A stretch of 63,229 nucleotides of DNA, the filler included, from Octopus bimaculoides (Eukaryota): assembly GCF_001194135.2 (NCBI RefSeq). It is 5 parts of 4 records of this genome, joined end to end, with 100 filler letters (N's around TTAATTAATTAA, not from the genome) between each part and the next. Parts side by side here need not be neighbours in the genome. Positions count along the whole stretch, not along the records: positions 15,798 to 45,942 come from NC_068989.1; 4 more parts are not named here. One strand, written 5' to 3'. Below the pieces are notes generated by a model that did no database searches, was not told the origin of the DNA, and saw nothing but the letters and a program-made list of their open reading frames with translations. This document shows, piece by piece, positions 34,430 through 46,042 of this stretch. Within the stretch, counting starts at the first letter, position 1. Each line of letters opens with the position of its first letter. The position numbers and the translations under genes are program-made.

Positions 34430-34600
34430 ATCTTTATATGTATTACTTTTTTCTGTCGTTGGACTGGCGCTATGCTGTAGCCCGATCTTGAAGGGTTTAG
34501 TGAAACAAATCCATCCCACATATTTTAAAACCTGGTCCTTATTCTATCATTCTCTTTTTGAGACGTAAACAAACCAATACCGACTGTCTAGTGATAGGGA
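34430..34600 (-). mobile_element. SINE family A-like 3' tail, degenerate
   Basis: TTACTTTTTTCTGTCGTTGGACTGGCGCTATGCTG...CTTATTCTATC...ACAAACACAAAGAT. Confidence 0.55.
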
Positions 34601-34628
34601 ACAAACACAAAGATGCATACATATATGG

Positions 34629-34660
<32 letters not shown>

Positions 34661-34721
34661 CATCCATCCATCCATCTATTCATACATACATACATACATA
34701 CAGACAAACATGTAGTATGTA

Positions 34722-34850
34722 TTTATTATTCTTAAAGAAGAATGTTGTTGATAGTGACTTCAAAGTTTCAGCCAAGTAAGCCGACGATGGGCTAGCTGGC
34801 TGAAATCTCGAAGTCCCAGTCAACAACATTTTTGTTTAAAAATAATAGAT
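34722..34850. repeat. Fold-back element (about 53-bp arms, short spacer)
   Basis: TTTATTATTCTTAAAGAAGAATGTTGTTGATAGTGACTTCAAAGTTTCAGCCA aligns to the reverse complement of TGGCTGAAATCTCGAAGTCCCAGTCAACAACATTTTTGTTTAAAAATAATAGA. Confidence 0.85.
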
Positions 34851-34929
34851 TTATACTCTTCAAAAGTATAGAGTTACTCAGCAGATGAATTTAAAATTGT
34901 ATTTATTAGAACAGACAGACTGACAGGCA

Positions 34930-34969
<40 letters not shown>

Positions 34970-35124
34970 CATACACACACACATAAGGGACTACTATCTG
35001 ATGTGGCGTACCGGCAGTTTTTTTCCAATGTGCCAGGGACCGGTAATATTAATTTATACCAGAAGCAGTATATATAATGAATATAATAAAAGTTGACAAT
35101 TTTTCTATCTTATATTTATTTTCT

Positions 35125-35284
35125 AGGAGTGGCTGTGTGGTAAGTAGCTTGCTTACGAATCACATGGTTCCGGGTTCAGTCCCACTGCGTGGCACCTTGG
35201 GCAAGTGTATTCACCTATAGCCTCGGGCCGACCAAAGCCTTGTGAGTGGATTTGGTAGACAGAAACTGAAAGAAGCCCGTCGTA

Positions 35285-35361
<77 letters not shown>

Positions 35362-35595
35362 GTATATGTATGTGTGTTTATATGTTTGTGTGTCTGTGTT
35401 TGTCCCCCCAACATCGCTTCACAACCGATGCTGTTGTGTTTACTCCCCGTACATAGCGGTTCGGCAAAAGGGACCGATAAAATAAGTACTAGGCTTACAA
35501 AGAATAAGTCCTGGGGTCGATTTGCTCGACTAAAGGCGGTGCTCCAGCATGGCCACAGTCAAATGACTGTAACAAGTAAAAGAGTAAAAGAGTAA
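35125..35595 (+). mobile_element. SINE family A, full length, internal (TA)n
   Basis: Head AGGAGTGGCTGTGTGGTAAGTAGC...CCGGGTTCAGTCCC; tail AAAAGAGTAAAAGAGT. Confidence 0.93.
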
Positions 35596-35654
35596 ATAAG
35601 GTAAAAATAATTCATAAGCATTTTATAAAGTTTCTTCCTTTTCTGGAAACTAGC

Positions 35655-35703
35655 CGCGTACCGTCAGCTGATGGTTCGCGGACCACCACTTTGAGTAGCA
35701 CTG
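35655..35703 (-). mobile_element. Possible hAT-Charlie/MER5-like terminal sequence
   Basis: Minus strand CAGTGCTACTCAAAGTGGTGGTCCGCGAACC resembles CAGTGGTTCTCAAAGTGTGGTCC-type TIRs; the partner end was not clearly found. Confidence 0.45.
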
Positions 35704-36248
35704 GAAGACAGTTGCTCAAGACGCCGTGCACTGAACCATGTTGTTATGGAGCAAGCTTCTTACCGCACAGCCACGAGCGCGTTATAGAGGGTGAATTGAT
35801 GTTAACAAAGGAAGGTAGGGTTGCAAAAAACTCATGTTGCTTGAAATAACACTAAGTTTTACTTAATTAATAGCGGGGATATTGGCGGATTTTCTTTTGA
35901 GATAATATGTTGGTGTTTCAAACCATGCGTAAGTTTGTTTCCACATTTACAAGGCTGAACCTGGTAAATTCATCATTACCTACCCCAAAACTAATCTATT
36001 TCCCAGTTATGTAGCCACAACACCACCAGACCAACGCACACAAACAAACACACACACACGCACACACAAGCACACACACACACACACACACACTCACGCA
36101 CACGTAATATCCACACAAAACTCATTATGTATGCATATATATATATATACACACAAACATATGTATACACACACATATAGACACATAATGATTTTGTGCG
36201 TATAAAAATACGTCTGTTGTGTTGTGCGCGTGCGTGTATGCCGGGATG

Positions 36249-36293
<45 letters not shown>

Positions 36294-36567
36294 TTTGTAA
36301 GTGTAAACAGGAAGGGAAAAAAAGCGTCTACTCAATAGCAAAATTAAAGTTATGTATCATATTTCATTGGATACAGCGATTACAGAGTTGTTGTTACTCC
36401 GAGTTTCTCGCTTCCGATCGTATGAAGTTAGTGAAAAATAAACATTAGGAAGATATTGAAATAGAAACATAAAAGGTAAATTAAAGTCTAAGAAGATTTT
36501 AATTCGAAGAAATTAGCCCACAAAACGTGAAACAAAATGAACTTTCATGGACGATGATATGAACACT

Positions 36568-36636
<69 letters not shown>

Positions 36637-36681
36637 AATATCCACACAAAACTCATTTTGTATGCTTATATATACGTATAA

Positions 36682-37259
36682 GGTGAATTCAGCAACGCAA
36701 CCTATCCAAACAGCTACTCTGTGTTGATAAAGTGCAATAACCCAGAAACCACAGATGTTGTTTTGTGCTGGATGGGGGTGCTGGACTCCCTGTTCGAAAA
36801 TATAAGGACACAGATATTGTGTCGTATAGCCAGCTGGAAACAACAGTAGCAATCGGCCCTTTCAGGACAGCCACATCATGTCGGCAAATAGCCTTTACTT
36901 TAAAGAACTGGCACTGAATATCTCTCTTTGAGAGGTTTAGAAATAAAAATATTTCTGTTTTATTAGATCAGTGACTATTTTATTAGATCAGTCATTTTGA
37001 AAACTATATATTTTCGAACGGTGAATTCAGCAACGCCACCTAGCCAAGCAGTTTCTCGTGTTGATAAAGTGCAATAACCCAGAAACCGGTCCACAGCCGT
37101 TGTTTTGTGCTGGATGGTGGTGCTGGACTCCCTGTTTGAAAAGGACACAGATATTGTGTCGTATAGCCAGCTGGAAACAATGTTTCCTAGAGCTAAACAA
37201 CAGTAACAATCGTCCCTTCCAGGACAGCCACAAAATGTTGGCAAATAGCATTGACTTCA
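36682..37259. repeat. Local direct duplication of an unclassified 220-240-bp unit (36682-36900 and 37020-37259)
   Basis: Shared GGTGAATTCAGCAACG...TGTTGATAAAGTGCAATAACCCAGAAACC...AAGGACACAGATATTGTGTCGTATAGCCAGCTGGAAACAA...CAGGACAGCCACA. Confidence 0.88.
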
Positions 37260-37314
37260 ATTTCATATATACTTATATGCTTGTGTGTGTGTGCATATAC
37301 ATTCATACATGCAT

Positions 37315-37383
<69 letters not shown>

Positions 37384-37707
37384 NNNNNNNNNNNNNNNNN
37401 NNNNNNNNNNNNNNNNNNNNNNNNNNNNNNNNNNNNNNNNNNNNNNNNNNNNNNATATATATACACGTACATATGCACATGCTCACATACACATGTATCG
37501 TTTCTCAAAGGAGGCTTCCTAGGTAGGTCAAATGTAACTAATCTTTCCAAGCGGAAGTTTAGTAAAATACTCAAGAGACATTTCCAGCTTGAAGTGTATA
37601 GTCCGATCTCTTTTGCACTGTTCAAAATAATTAAAAGATTCTTGGTAACATGAAAAAAGAACCAAAACGAAATATCGAGGATCTTATGGTATGCAAAGAC
37701 CATAACA

Positions 37708-37762
37708 GCGTCGGACAAAATGCCGTGCTGCAAGAAATGCGGCGTGCCATTTTGTCCAACGC
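37708..37762 (+). other. 55-nt hairpin (23 of 25 pairs on the + strand, counting G-U) built from SINE family C head sequence
   Basis: GCGTCGGACAAAATGCCGTGCTGCA-AGAAA-TGCGGCGTGCCATTTTGTCCAACGC. Confidence 0.7.
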
Positions 37763-39284
37763 TCCAACAATTCTGCCGATTGCGTGTGTGTTCATGTGTT
37801 TTCTCATGTTTCATCTTCAAATTTCGCTAGTTTCATTCATTGGACTGCAACCACGCTGGGGTACAACCTGGAAGTATTTAGTTGAACAAATGGACCTCAG
37901 CTATTTCTTCAAGTCTGGTACTTATTCTATCGGTCTCTATCCAGCTTTATTATCATTGCCGCGCAATGATAATGAAACCAGAACCACGTGATAAGCAAAG
38001 CGAGTTTCTTAAACCAAGTCAGGCCAGCACCTACGTCTGTCTGTCTGTCTATCCTGATAGCTAGCTATATTATACATGCGTGCGTATGGTGCGATCAGTA
38101 TTTAATGGTGGCAAATATGAAAGAAAAAAACGCATTTCTTAGAAGTATAGTCACACGTCCTCAAATTTAAGGAGAATAAACTTATTTGTATTAGCCTGTT
38201 CGTTTGATATTTATGTTATATCGACTCCTGATGCATGAAATACTGTGTCGACTCGGGCAGAAGTGGAACACAAAATGCAAGGGAATAAGAATAAATATTT
38301 TTAATTTGTTTGTCTTTGGTTTTTGCCGTTTTAAATACTAGTTGGAAGCATAAATAAAGCACAAGGTAAGAGTGCTGAAAATGGAACACAACGTTGATGA
38401 AGGTAAAGAATTCCAGATGAGATATCAAGAATTTGTTTCAATATATGAGTTACACAAACAGATATATATATATATATAGAAAGAAAGAGAGAGAAAGGGA
38501 GAGAGAGAGAGAGAGAGAGAAAGAGAAAGATGGGGAGAGGAGTTTTAGAGAGATGGTGTATAGGGTAAGTAATTGCAGAAAGACAGAAGCAAAACTAGCA
38601 AACAAATGCAATACACAAGGGAATTACAACAGACAGATAACCTTATGAAAGGGAAACAAGAGAGAAAATCACAAAGCAGCGGCAGCAGCAGTGATATTAA
38701 CAATGTAACAACAACAACAAAATTCTACTGACTCTGGTGCAACATCAATAAACTGTTATAACTCCTACACTATTTCTTCCCTAAAGGCATGACCTACTTG
38801 TTATTTCTTCTAACCAGGCAAACATTTACCTACATAGGCGAAGCCATCGTTCAAATCCATGTTTACGTTACTACACTTCCAGTCTCATATCTTGCTGCAC
38901 TTAAACTCTTATCTTATTTTACATACATCCTTACATTACTACTTGTCCACCTTTATCTAATTACAGAACAGCCCTCATTACCATTCAAGCGAGAGACAGG
39001 TCCTCTTACTCCCAAAAGTGATACTTCAAGAAACCTTTATACAGCAAGTGTTTGACAACTTACTCTCTCCCATTTAGTAACACAGTACAATCACTACAAA
39101 TACTAAACGAACTGTACTCATATGTCTAATACACAGCTAAAAGCTTCAAACTCATTATATATATGTATATATAATTATTGTCTCTGTTTTGTTTTCCGTC
39201 TCCCACGGGAGAAATTTTTGTAAAAAAAGAAACAGGGGGTAAAAGAGAGTAGGAATACATTGTTTAAAAAAGATAGGCACAGAC

Positions 39285-39630
39285 GTAGTTGTGTGCTTTA
39301 AAAGTTTATTTTTCAATCACATTCCCCGGTTCAGTTCCAACGTCTGCCATTTTAGATAAACGTCTTCTATAGCACGGGGCCGACTAAGGGCTTCTGAGTG
39401 AATTCGTTAGACGGAAACTGAGAGAAACCCGTCGTACACACACACACACACACTCATATATATTTGTGTGTGTGAGTATGTATGTATGCACTTTTGTATT
39501 TGTGTCGACAGAATAAGTACCAAGCCTAAAAATATGGTTTGGGGTCGATTCGTTCGACTAAAGATCTTTGAAAGCGGTGCCCCAGCATGGCTTCAGTCCA
39601 GTGACTAAAAGCAGTAAAAGATAAACGATA
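39285..39630 (+). mobile_element. SINE family A, degenerate
   Basis: GTGAATTCGTTAGACGGAAACTGAGAGAAACCCGTCGT, internal (CA)/(TG), GACAGAATAAGTACC...GCGGTGCCCCAGCATGG. Confidence 0.8.
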
Positions 39631-40255
39631 AAATATATTAAGCTTGGCATCCAGCAGAGCTATTTAAACTAGACGTCTTAGATCATCTCATTTCCCTTCC
39701 CTTTTTAATTAAGCGAGTTTTTCATGGCTTAAAATATTCTTTAAACTTTTTTCTATGATTAAAACGGTAACTTCTGATCTCCAAGCAATGCGCGGTACTG
39801 ATGAAAGATGTCAATCCGAAACGTCTGTACACATTTATTCTTGCTTGCAACGACAGTAAGGATGTTTTCTCCCTTGAATGTAAATTTATTCCGAAAAGAT
39901 ATTCTTAAGGCATATGAAATTATCTATACAACACTGTTTCCGTTTATTACCCCCTTTTTTTTTTTAAAGGGAGTAATTTAAATTAAAACTAAAAATATAT
40001 TGCATGAGGCACTCAAGAGGGAATCCTTTAATTCATATCTCAGTTCTTATTCATCGTTTTATTCTAGGCCTTATTCTATTTTCTAGAGTTTCTTGTTATT
40101 TATAATGCATTTCTCTGCAGTTCAGGTCACCATTCACCTCTTGTAGTAATCATTATGGATTTCGAATCCAGCAGTTTCTGTTTGTCATTCGTTTTCTTTC
40201 TTAACCCCACTTTTTGAGCCATACTATTTCCGCAGGTTTCTAGCAATGCAGGTAT

Positions 40256-40670
40256 CAGCATGTGTGTATATATTTGCGCGCTTCCTACAACATTAAGAGT
40301 ATTTTAACTCTTATTTCTAGCAATGTGGGTGCTTTGACACCTTTAGTCACATTTTGTGACGATTGAAGTTTTCCTTTGTGGTATCACATAACCCTTCCCT
40401 ATTTATATTAATTTTTCGTATACGCATTAGTATTTCGCCAAAGCATACATAAATTTCTATGGTAAATACATATATGCTGACTGATATCTGCCCGACATCT
40501 GCCAAGCCTACGGAGATAAACTAAACGTTTAGTCTGCATGATTGTCGGTGACGGGACAGTTGTCAACCCTGTCAGCATGCGTGCATACATCCGCGCGTTT
40601 CCTATAGTATTAAGAGTATTTTAACTCCTATTCCTAGCAATGTGGGTGTCTTGGAACACTTAGTCACATG
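40256..40670. repeat. Two direct copies (40256-40358, 40573-40670) of an unclassified about 100-bp repeat; related piece at 59168-59240
   Basis: Shared TTAAGAGTATTTTAACTC.TATT.CTAGCAATGTGGGTG...TTAGTCACAT. Confidence 0.75.
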
Positions 40671-40696
40671 CTGGTAGTTAATTTATAATATATTGA

Positions 40697-40732
<36 letters not shown>

Positions 40733-40733
40733 T

Positions 40734-40838
<105 letters not shown>

Positions 40839-40850
40839 TGTGTGTGTATT

Positions 40851-41025
40851 AAAACGTAAAATTAAAACAAAACACAAAGGATTCCGCGGTACACGTGTTT
40901 CAAGCTTTATACACAAACAGTCATTGCATCATTATATGAGTATATAATTGATATACAGGATGGTTTAAAGCTATCTTCAGCCGCAAATATATTCCGTCCC
41001 AAGATTACATCACAAAGAAGAACTC
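40851..41025 (+). repeat. Unclassified dispersed repeat, copy 2 (see 3147-3312)
   Basis: High nucleotide similarity to 3147-3312; also preceded by an (AT)/(GT) microsatellite. Confidence 0.8.
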
Positions 41026-42004
41026 ACAAAGAAGAAAGAAAAAGAGAGAGAAAGAGGAGAGAGAAAAAAAGGGAAAGTCCACTTGCTATAATTCATAGTA
41101 ATATGCTTATCCATTAAATTGTTATATTTGCAAAAATGTTCATCGGTATTCAGAAATCTGTCCATATTGTACCACAATTCAGGGTAGAGTGGCTATATAT
41201 ATATGTATATATATGTATATATATACATACATACACAAACACGCACAGGCACACACACATACACACACGCACACATACACACATATGCATGTATGTCTGT
41301 GTGCTTTTACGCACAATACATCTATATGAGCAGACCTCTCAAAGGCTAATACCGAAGTAGTCGGTGTTTAACGAGGCATCCATCTTAAGTTGGATATAAA
41401 TGTTGCCCTTGGGTACTGATACAGTTTCTGTTGCTAAATAAATATATATATATATACATATACACGTGCATACATTGATACAGATATGTATGCATGTATC
41501 AAAGGAAAGTGCTTGACATGTTTAAGACGCAAAGTCACTAAGAACTACTTCTGAAAAGTTCAAAATCCAGGCACGGTCATAAATCTATAATACATTTGTT
41601 TATGTAAATTTATACTTATGGACGAACACACACATACACACACACACACTTATACGTGTGCTTACACACACACACACACACTCACACACGCACACACACA
41701 CACACACACAAACACACATATACACACATCCAATTGATTTTGTTTTCTTTTTTTTAGGCTAGTCTACGTATTGTGTTAAGTTACATCATTGTAAATCTAG
41801 TTTATGGCCACAATGTATTTATATATACACATATGCATAGACATATGTCCTTATATATTTTACGATTGTTTGTACTATTTCTACGCGTGTTTGTCTTTAT
41901 GTGTATGTATGCACGTAGGTGTATGTGTTGTGTACGTGTATATATATATATATATATATATATATNNNNNNNNNNNNNNNNNNNNNNNNNNNNNTATATA
42001 TATG

Positions 42005-42037
<33 letters not shown>

Positions 42038-42060
42038 GTGTGTATATATATATATGTATG

Positions 42061-42091
<31 letters not shown>

Positions 42092-42574
42092 GTGTGTGTG
42101 TGTATGTGTGTGTATAGATGTAAATGTGTGTTTGTGTGAGTTCAAATGCCATCTGGCGAACGTCGAGTCGGCGCAAAACTTTAAATAATGACAATATAAA
42201 CATTCCCCACATACACACACAAGAACCCATATATATTTATATGTACGTAAACTCTTCTCCCTTCCCCTATCCCTCTTTGTCTCTCTTCCTCACCCACGCA
42301 CACATTTGCAAACATATCTTTATGAATTTACGTGATGGTTTATATTGCTGCTGATTGTCATAAAAATGACGACGATGATGATGATGATGATGTGCGTGCA
42401 TTTAAGTGTGCATCTGTGCAGCTTGCGTAAATATGTGCGCAAATTAACATTTCTTCGAGATGAATTAATTTTGAAAATGATTATATATTTTAAAGAATAA
42501 CATATATTATTTATTCATTTAATGAATCATAACATCATTCTGAAGACATTGCCTTTTATCAGTTTTAAACATTT

Positions 42575-42858
42575 TATTTTCATTCACGCTTTTGCTCTGG
42601 TAGATGTTATTTCGACACTATCCCAAAAGAGCAAGTCATACCCAATGGTCAAAGGTCTTTGGGTTATTCCTTCTCCTTCAACTTTCAAACATCCTCTTCA
42701 GAATACTTGCTGTTCCTAACATTGCTGTTTTTCTGCAAGAGTTCCGCTCTGATGGTACTTCCTAGCTTCTCAAGCCATGCATCCGGATTTTTACTAACTT
42801 CTCCCAGCGCGCCAACCACAATTGGTGTCACATCTATGTGCGTGATTCTCCATTAGTT
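42575..42858 (-). mobile_element. R4/Dong-like LINE 3' end
   Basis: Minus strand W.ITHIDVTPIVVGALGEVSKNPDAWLEKLG...ELLQK.TAMLGTASILKRMF, then a 3' UTR. Confidence 0.85.
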
Positions 42859-42944
42859 TCCGGATTTCCCACTTCAGCACCTGTGTTGAGAGGAATTGGG
42901 GGGGGGGGTTGAATAATTTACTTCTAGAAACATGGGTGTTTCGT

Positions 42945-43215
42945 TCATCATTCTTAAACACCCCTTATTCAGGGACTTTTTGAGTGGGATGGGTTACTAA
43001 ACCTGAGGAAAATTCTAGCATGGCCCCACCTGCAAGGTCATGCGCTGTTTATCTTGACACAAATTTACCATGTCATGCACATATGATTGTGATGCAGGTG
43101 CCTGGTGTACCCTTATCAGACGAGTAGTCATGATGGGTATATTGGGCTTTGTATATTTGCATACCAGTGTCACTTTGATGGCATGCATCGCTGTCATTCA
43201 ACGACAACAATAATA
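42945..43215 (+). mobile_element. SINE-like 3' portion (fourth family) ending in an AAC/AAT tail
   Basis: CCCCACCTGCAAGGTCATGCGCTGTTTATCTTG...GGTGTACCCTTATCAGACG...CAGTGTCACTTTGATGGCATGCA ending ACAACAATAATAAT. Recognised as an octopus-type repeat; single copy here. Confidence 0.5.
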
Positions 43216-43414
43216 ATGGTTTCAAATGTTGGTACAAGGCCAGAGATTTTGTGGGAGGAGTAAATCGATTACATTGACCCCAGTTCTCGTCTGGCATTTA
43301 TTCTATCGACCCTGGATGTTCAAATTGGAACGTGAGGACGGACGATATGCTGCTAAACATTTTGTCCGGCGTGTAAAAGATTCTGCCAGTTCACTGCCTT
43401 GAAAAATAAACAAA

Positions 43415-43618
43415 GACATGACATGATAGAGCTTGGCCAATATCCACACTGGTTAACATGTCGGCGTTATAAAATCAAAACTATTGCCATGTGGTGTAAA
43501 CATCACCCTGAGGCTGTAACCGATGGAGACAACGTAACGATGCTTTGAGACTTTCCTGTACATACAGATAGAACCATCCAAGCTAATAAACTGGATATTG
43601 TTGTAAAAGACCAAAATA
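43415..43618 (+). mobile_element. R4/Dong-like endonuclease fragment, copy 1 (copy 2 at 44063-44280)
   Basis: Reads GQYPHWLTCRRYKIKTIAMWCKHHPEAVTDGDNVTML*DFPVHTDRTIQANKLDIVVKD. Confidence 0.8.
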
Positions 43619-44062
43619 ATGGTTTCATTTTTCTCACAAGGGCAACAATTTTGGGGTAGGGGATGTATTAATTACATAGACGCCAGCGTTCAACTGGTAC
43701 TTAATTTATCGACCACGAAAGGATGAAAGGCAAAATTAACCTCGGCAGAATTTGAATTCAGAACGTAGCGATGGGGGCAATACCGCTAAGCATTTCGTCT
43801 AGCGCGCTAACGATACTGTCAGCTCGTTGCCTTGAAAAATAAATGATCCTTTCTACTATAGGAACAAGGTCTGAAAGTTGGAGGAGAAGGATAGTCGATT
43901 AAGTCGATACCAGTACTCAACCGGTACTTAATTTATCTACCCCGAAAGGATGAAAGGCAAAGTCAACCTCTGAAGAATTTGAACTCAGAACGTAGCGACG
44001 GGTGAAATGCCGCTAAGCATTTCGTCCAGCGCACAAACAATACTGATAGCTCGTCGCCTTGA

Positions 44063-44280
44063 AAAATATGGTAAAAACATGACGTGTCAGAGTTTGGCGA
44101 ATATCTCACACTTGTTAATATGTCGTCATTATAAAATCAAAACTGTTATCAATGGTATAAGCATCATGAGGCTGTAGCTGATGGAGACAACGTAACGATA
44201 CTTTGGGACTTTCCTGTACATACTGACAGAACCACCCAAGCTAATAAAGTGGATATTGTTTTAAAATACCAAAATAATAA
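44063..44280 (+). mobile_element. R4/Dong-like endonuclease fragment, copy 2
   Basis: Aligns to 43415-43618; reads VTILWDFPVHTDRTTQANKVDIVLK. Confidence 0.8.
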
Positions 44281-44594
44281 AGTCTGGTACTTAATTCATC
44301 AACCTCGAAAGGATGAAAGGCAAAGTTGACTTCGGCAGAATTTGAACTCTGAGAGTAGCAACGGGCGAAATACCTATTTCGTTATTGCCCACAAGGGGCT
44401 AAACATAGAGGGAACAAACAAGAACAGACGAACGGATTAAGTCGATTACATCGACCCCAGTGCGTAACTGGTACTTAATTTATCGACCCCGAAAGGATGA
44501 AAGGCAAAGTCGACCTCGGCGGAATTTGAACTCAGAACGTAACGGCAGACGAAATACCGCGATGCATTTCGTACTGCGTGCTAACGATTGAGTG

Positions 44595-45010
44595 GAGGCG
44601 CAATGGCCCAGTGGTTAGGGCAGCGAACTCGCGGTCGTAGGATCNNNNNNNNNNNNNNNNNNNNNNNNNNNNNNNNNNNNNNNNNNNNNNNNNNNNNNNN
44701 NNNNNNNNNNNNNNNNNNNNNNNNNNNNNNNNNNNNNNNNNNNNNNNNNNNNNNNNNNNNNNNNNNNNNNNAACCCTGCTGTATTTTTTCACCACAACTT
44801 TATCTCACTCTTACTTCCTGTTTCTGTTGTGCCTGTAATTGAAAGGGTCAGCCTTGTCACACTGTGTCACGCTGAATATCCCCGAGAACTACATTAAGGG
44901 TACACGTGTCCGTGGAGTGCTCAGCCACTTGCACGTTAATTTCACGAGCAGGTTGTTCCGTTGATCGGATCAACTGGAACCCTCGACGTCGTAAGCAACG
45001 GAGTGCTAAC
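44595..45010 (+). mobile_element. SINE family B nested in a family C SINE, 13-bp TSD (assembly gap inside)
   Basis: GTGCTAACGATTG at 44578-44590 and 45003-45015; the family C sequence resumes after the insert. Confidence 0.88.
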
Positions 45011-45034
45011 GATTGTGCCAGCTTGTGTGCCTAT

Positions 45035-45366
45035 TTTCTTAAAGGCACAAGGCCTGAAATTTGGTGGGAGGAGACTAGTCGATTACATCGACCCCTGTCT
45101 TTCGCTGGTACTTAATTTATCAACCCCGAAAGGATGAAAGGCAAAGTTGACCTCGGCGGTAAGCTCATAGAATCGTTAACTCACCGGGCAAAATGCTTAG
45201 CAATATTTCGTTCATCTTTACATTCTGAATTCAAATTCCACCGATGTCTACTTTGCCTTTCATCTTATCGGGTCCTATAAAATAAGTACCAACTCATCAC
45301 AGGGGTAAATGTAACTGATTTAACTTCTCTCCCGAAACTCTACACCTTGTGCCAAAATTTGAAACT
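45035..45366. mobile_element. Head-to-head pair of SINE family C copies (45035-45160 minus; 45156-45366 plus)
   Basis: ...GGCAAAGTTGACCTCGGCGG joins directly to GGCGGTAAGCTCATAGAATCG...TTTGCCTTTCATC...AAATAAGTACC. Confidence 0.85.
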
Positions 45367-45942
45367 AGGTTGCTACTTTCTGCAATTTATTATAAGAGCA
45401 GTTCTTTGTTATTTGTCAAATTCCTGCGTATTATACTTTCAGACATGCTAAAATTTTGCTGTGATAATTTTCTGTGTTGCATGTGTGGTGAAAGAAAAAA
45501 ATATTATTTTGGATTTTATTTCACTCAGGAACCTTTATGGAACTTTTTGGAATGTCTCCAAGAATAATGTTTCTCTGTTTAAAAGTTATTTACACCAGTC
45601 GTCACAGATTTCTACTTTTATTTGTATTAAAATTCAAACTGTTCTGTGAGATACGGACAACTTATATACGCAGATATTTATAACGTATTTCTGGCATAGA
45701 TTTCTCGCAAGCAGTGACATTTTCGTGTAAATTAAGCAAACTGCTGTGTTTGGTGTATACGTACAACGTGACAAATTTTTGGAAACGATATCTTTAGGTG
45801 ATGAGAAGGTCATAGAAACACTAAACATGATATACTGTACACATTCTATAGTTATTGTTTGTTTATAAGTTAAATTACTTCGTTTAATTATAAGATCCAG
45901 AAACACATACATTCATGTGTGTATATATATATATATATATAT

Positions 45943-46042
45943 NNNNNNNNNNNNNNNNNNNNNNNNNNNNNNNNNNNNNNNNNNNNTTAATTAATTAANN
46001 NNNNNNNNNNNNNNNNNNNNNNNNNNNNNNNNNNNNNNNNNN
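45943..46042. other. Synthetic scaffold spacer with TTAATTAATTAA
   Basis: 12-mer at 45987-45998 inside an N run. Confidence 0.95.

Larger units (their letters stand above)
43220..44590 (-). mobile_element. Cluster of SINE family C copies (about 43220-43402, 43625-43835, 43850-44062, 44283-44375, 44370-44590)
   Basis: Repeated GGTACTTAATTTATCGACC.CGAAAGGATGAAAGGCAAA...GAATTTGAACTCAGAACGTAG core. Confidence 0.9.

Noticed and set aside
43220-45366. Recurrent about 60-bp conserved core with variable spacers, superficially CRISPR-like
   Set aside because: The repeats are parts of about 200-bp SINEs, the spacing is irregular, the DNA is eukaryotic and there are no cas genes.
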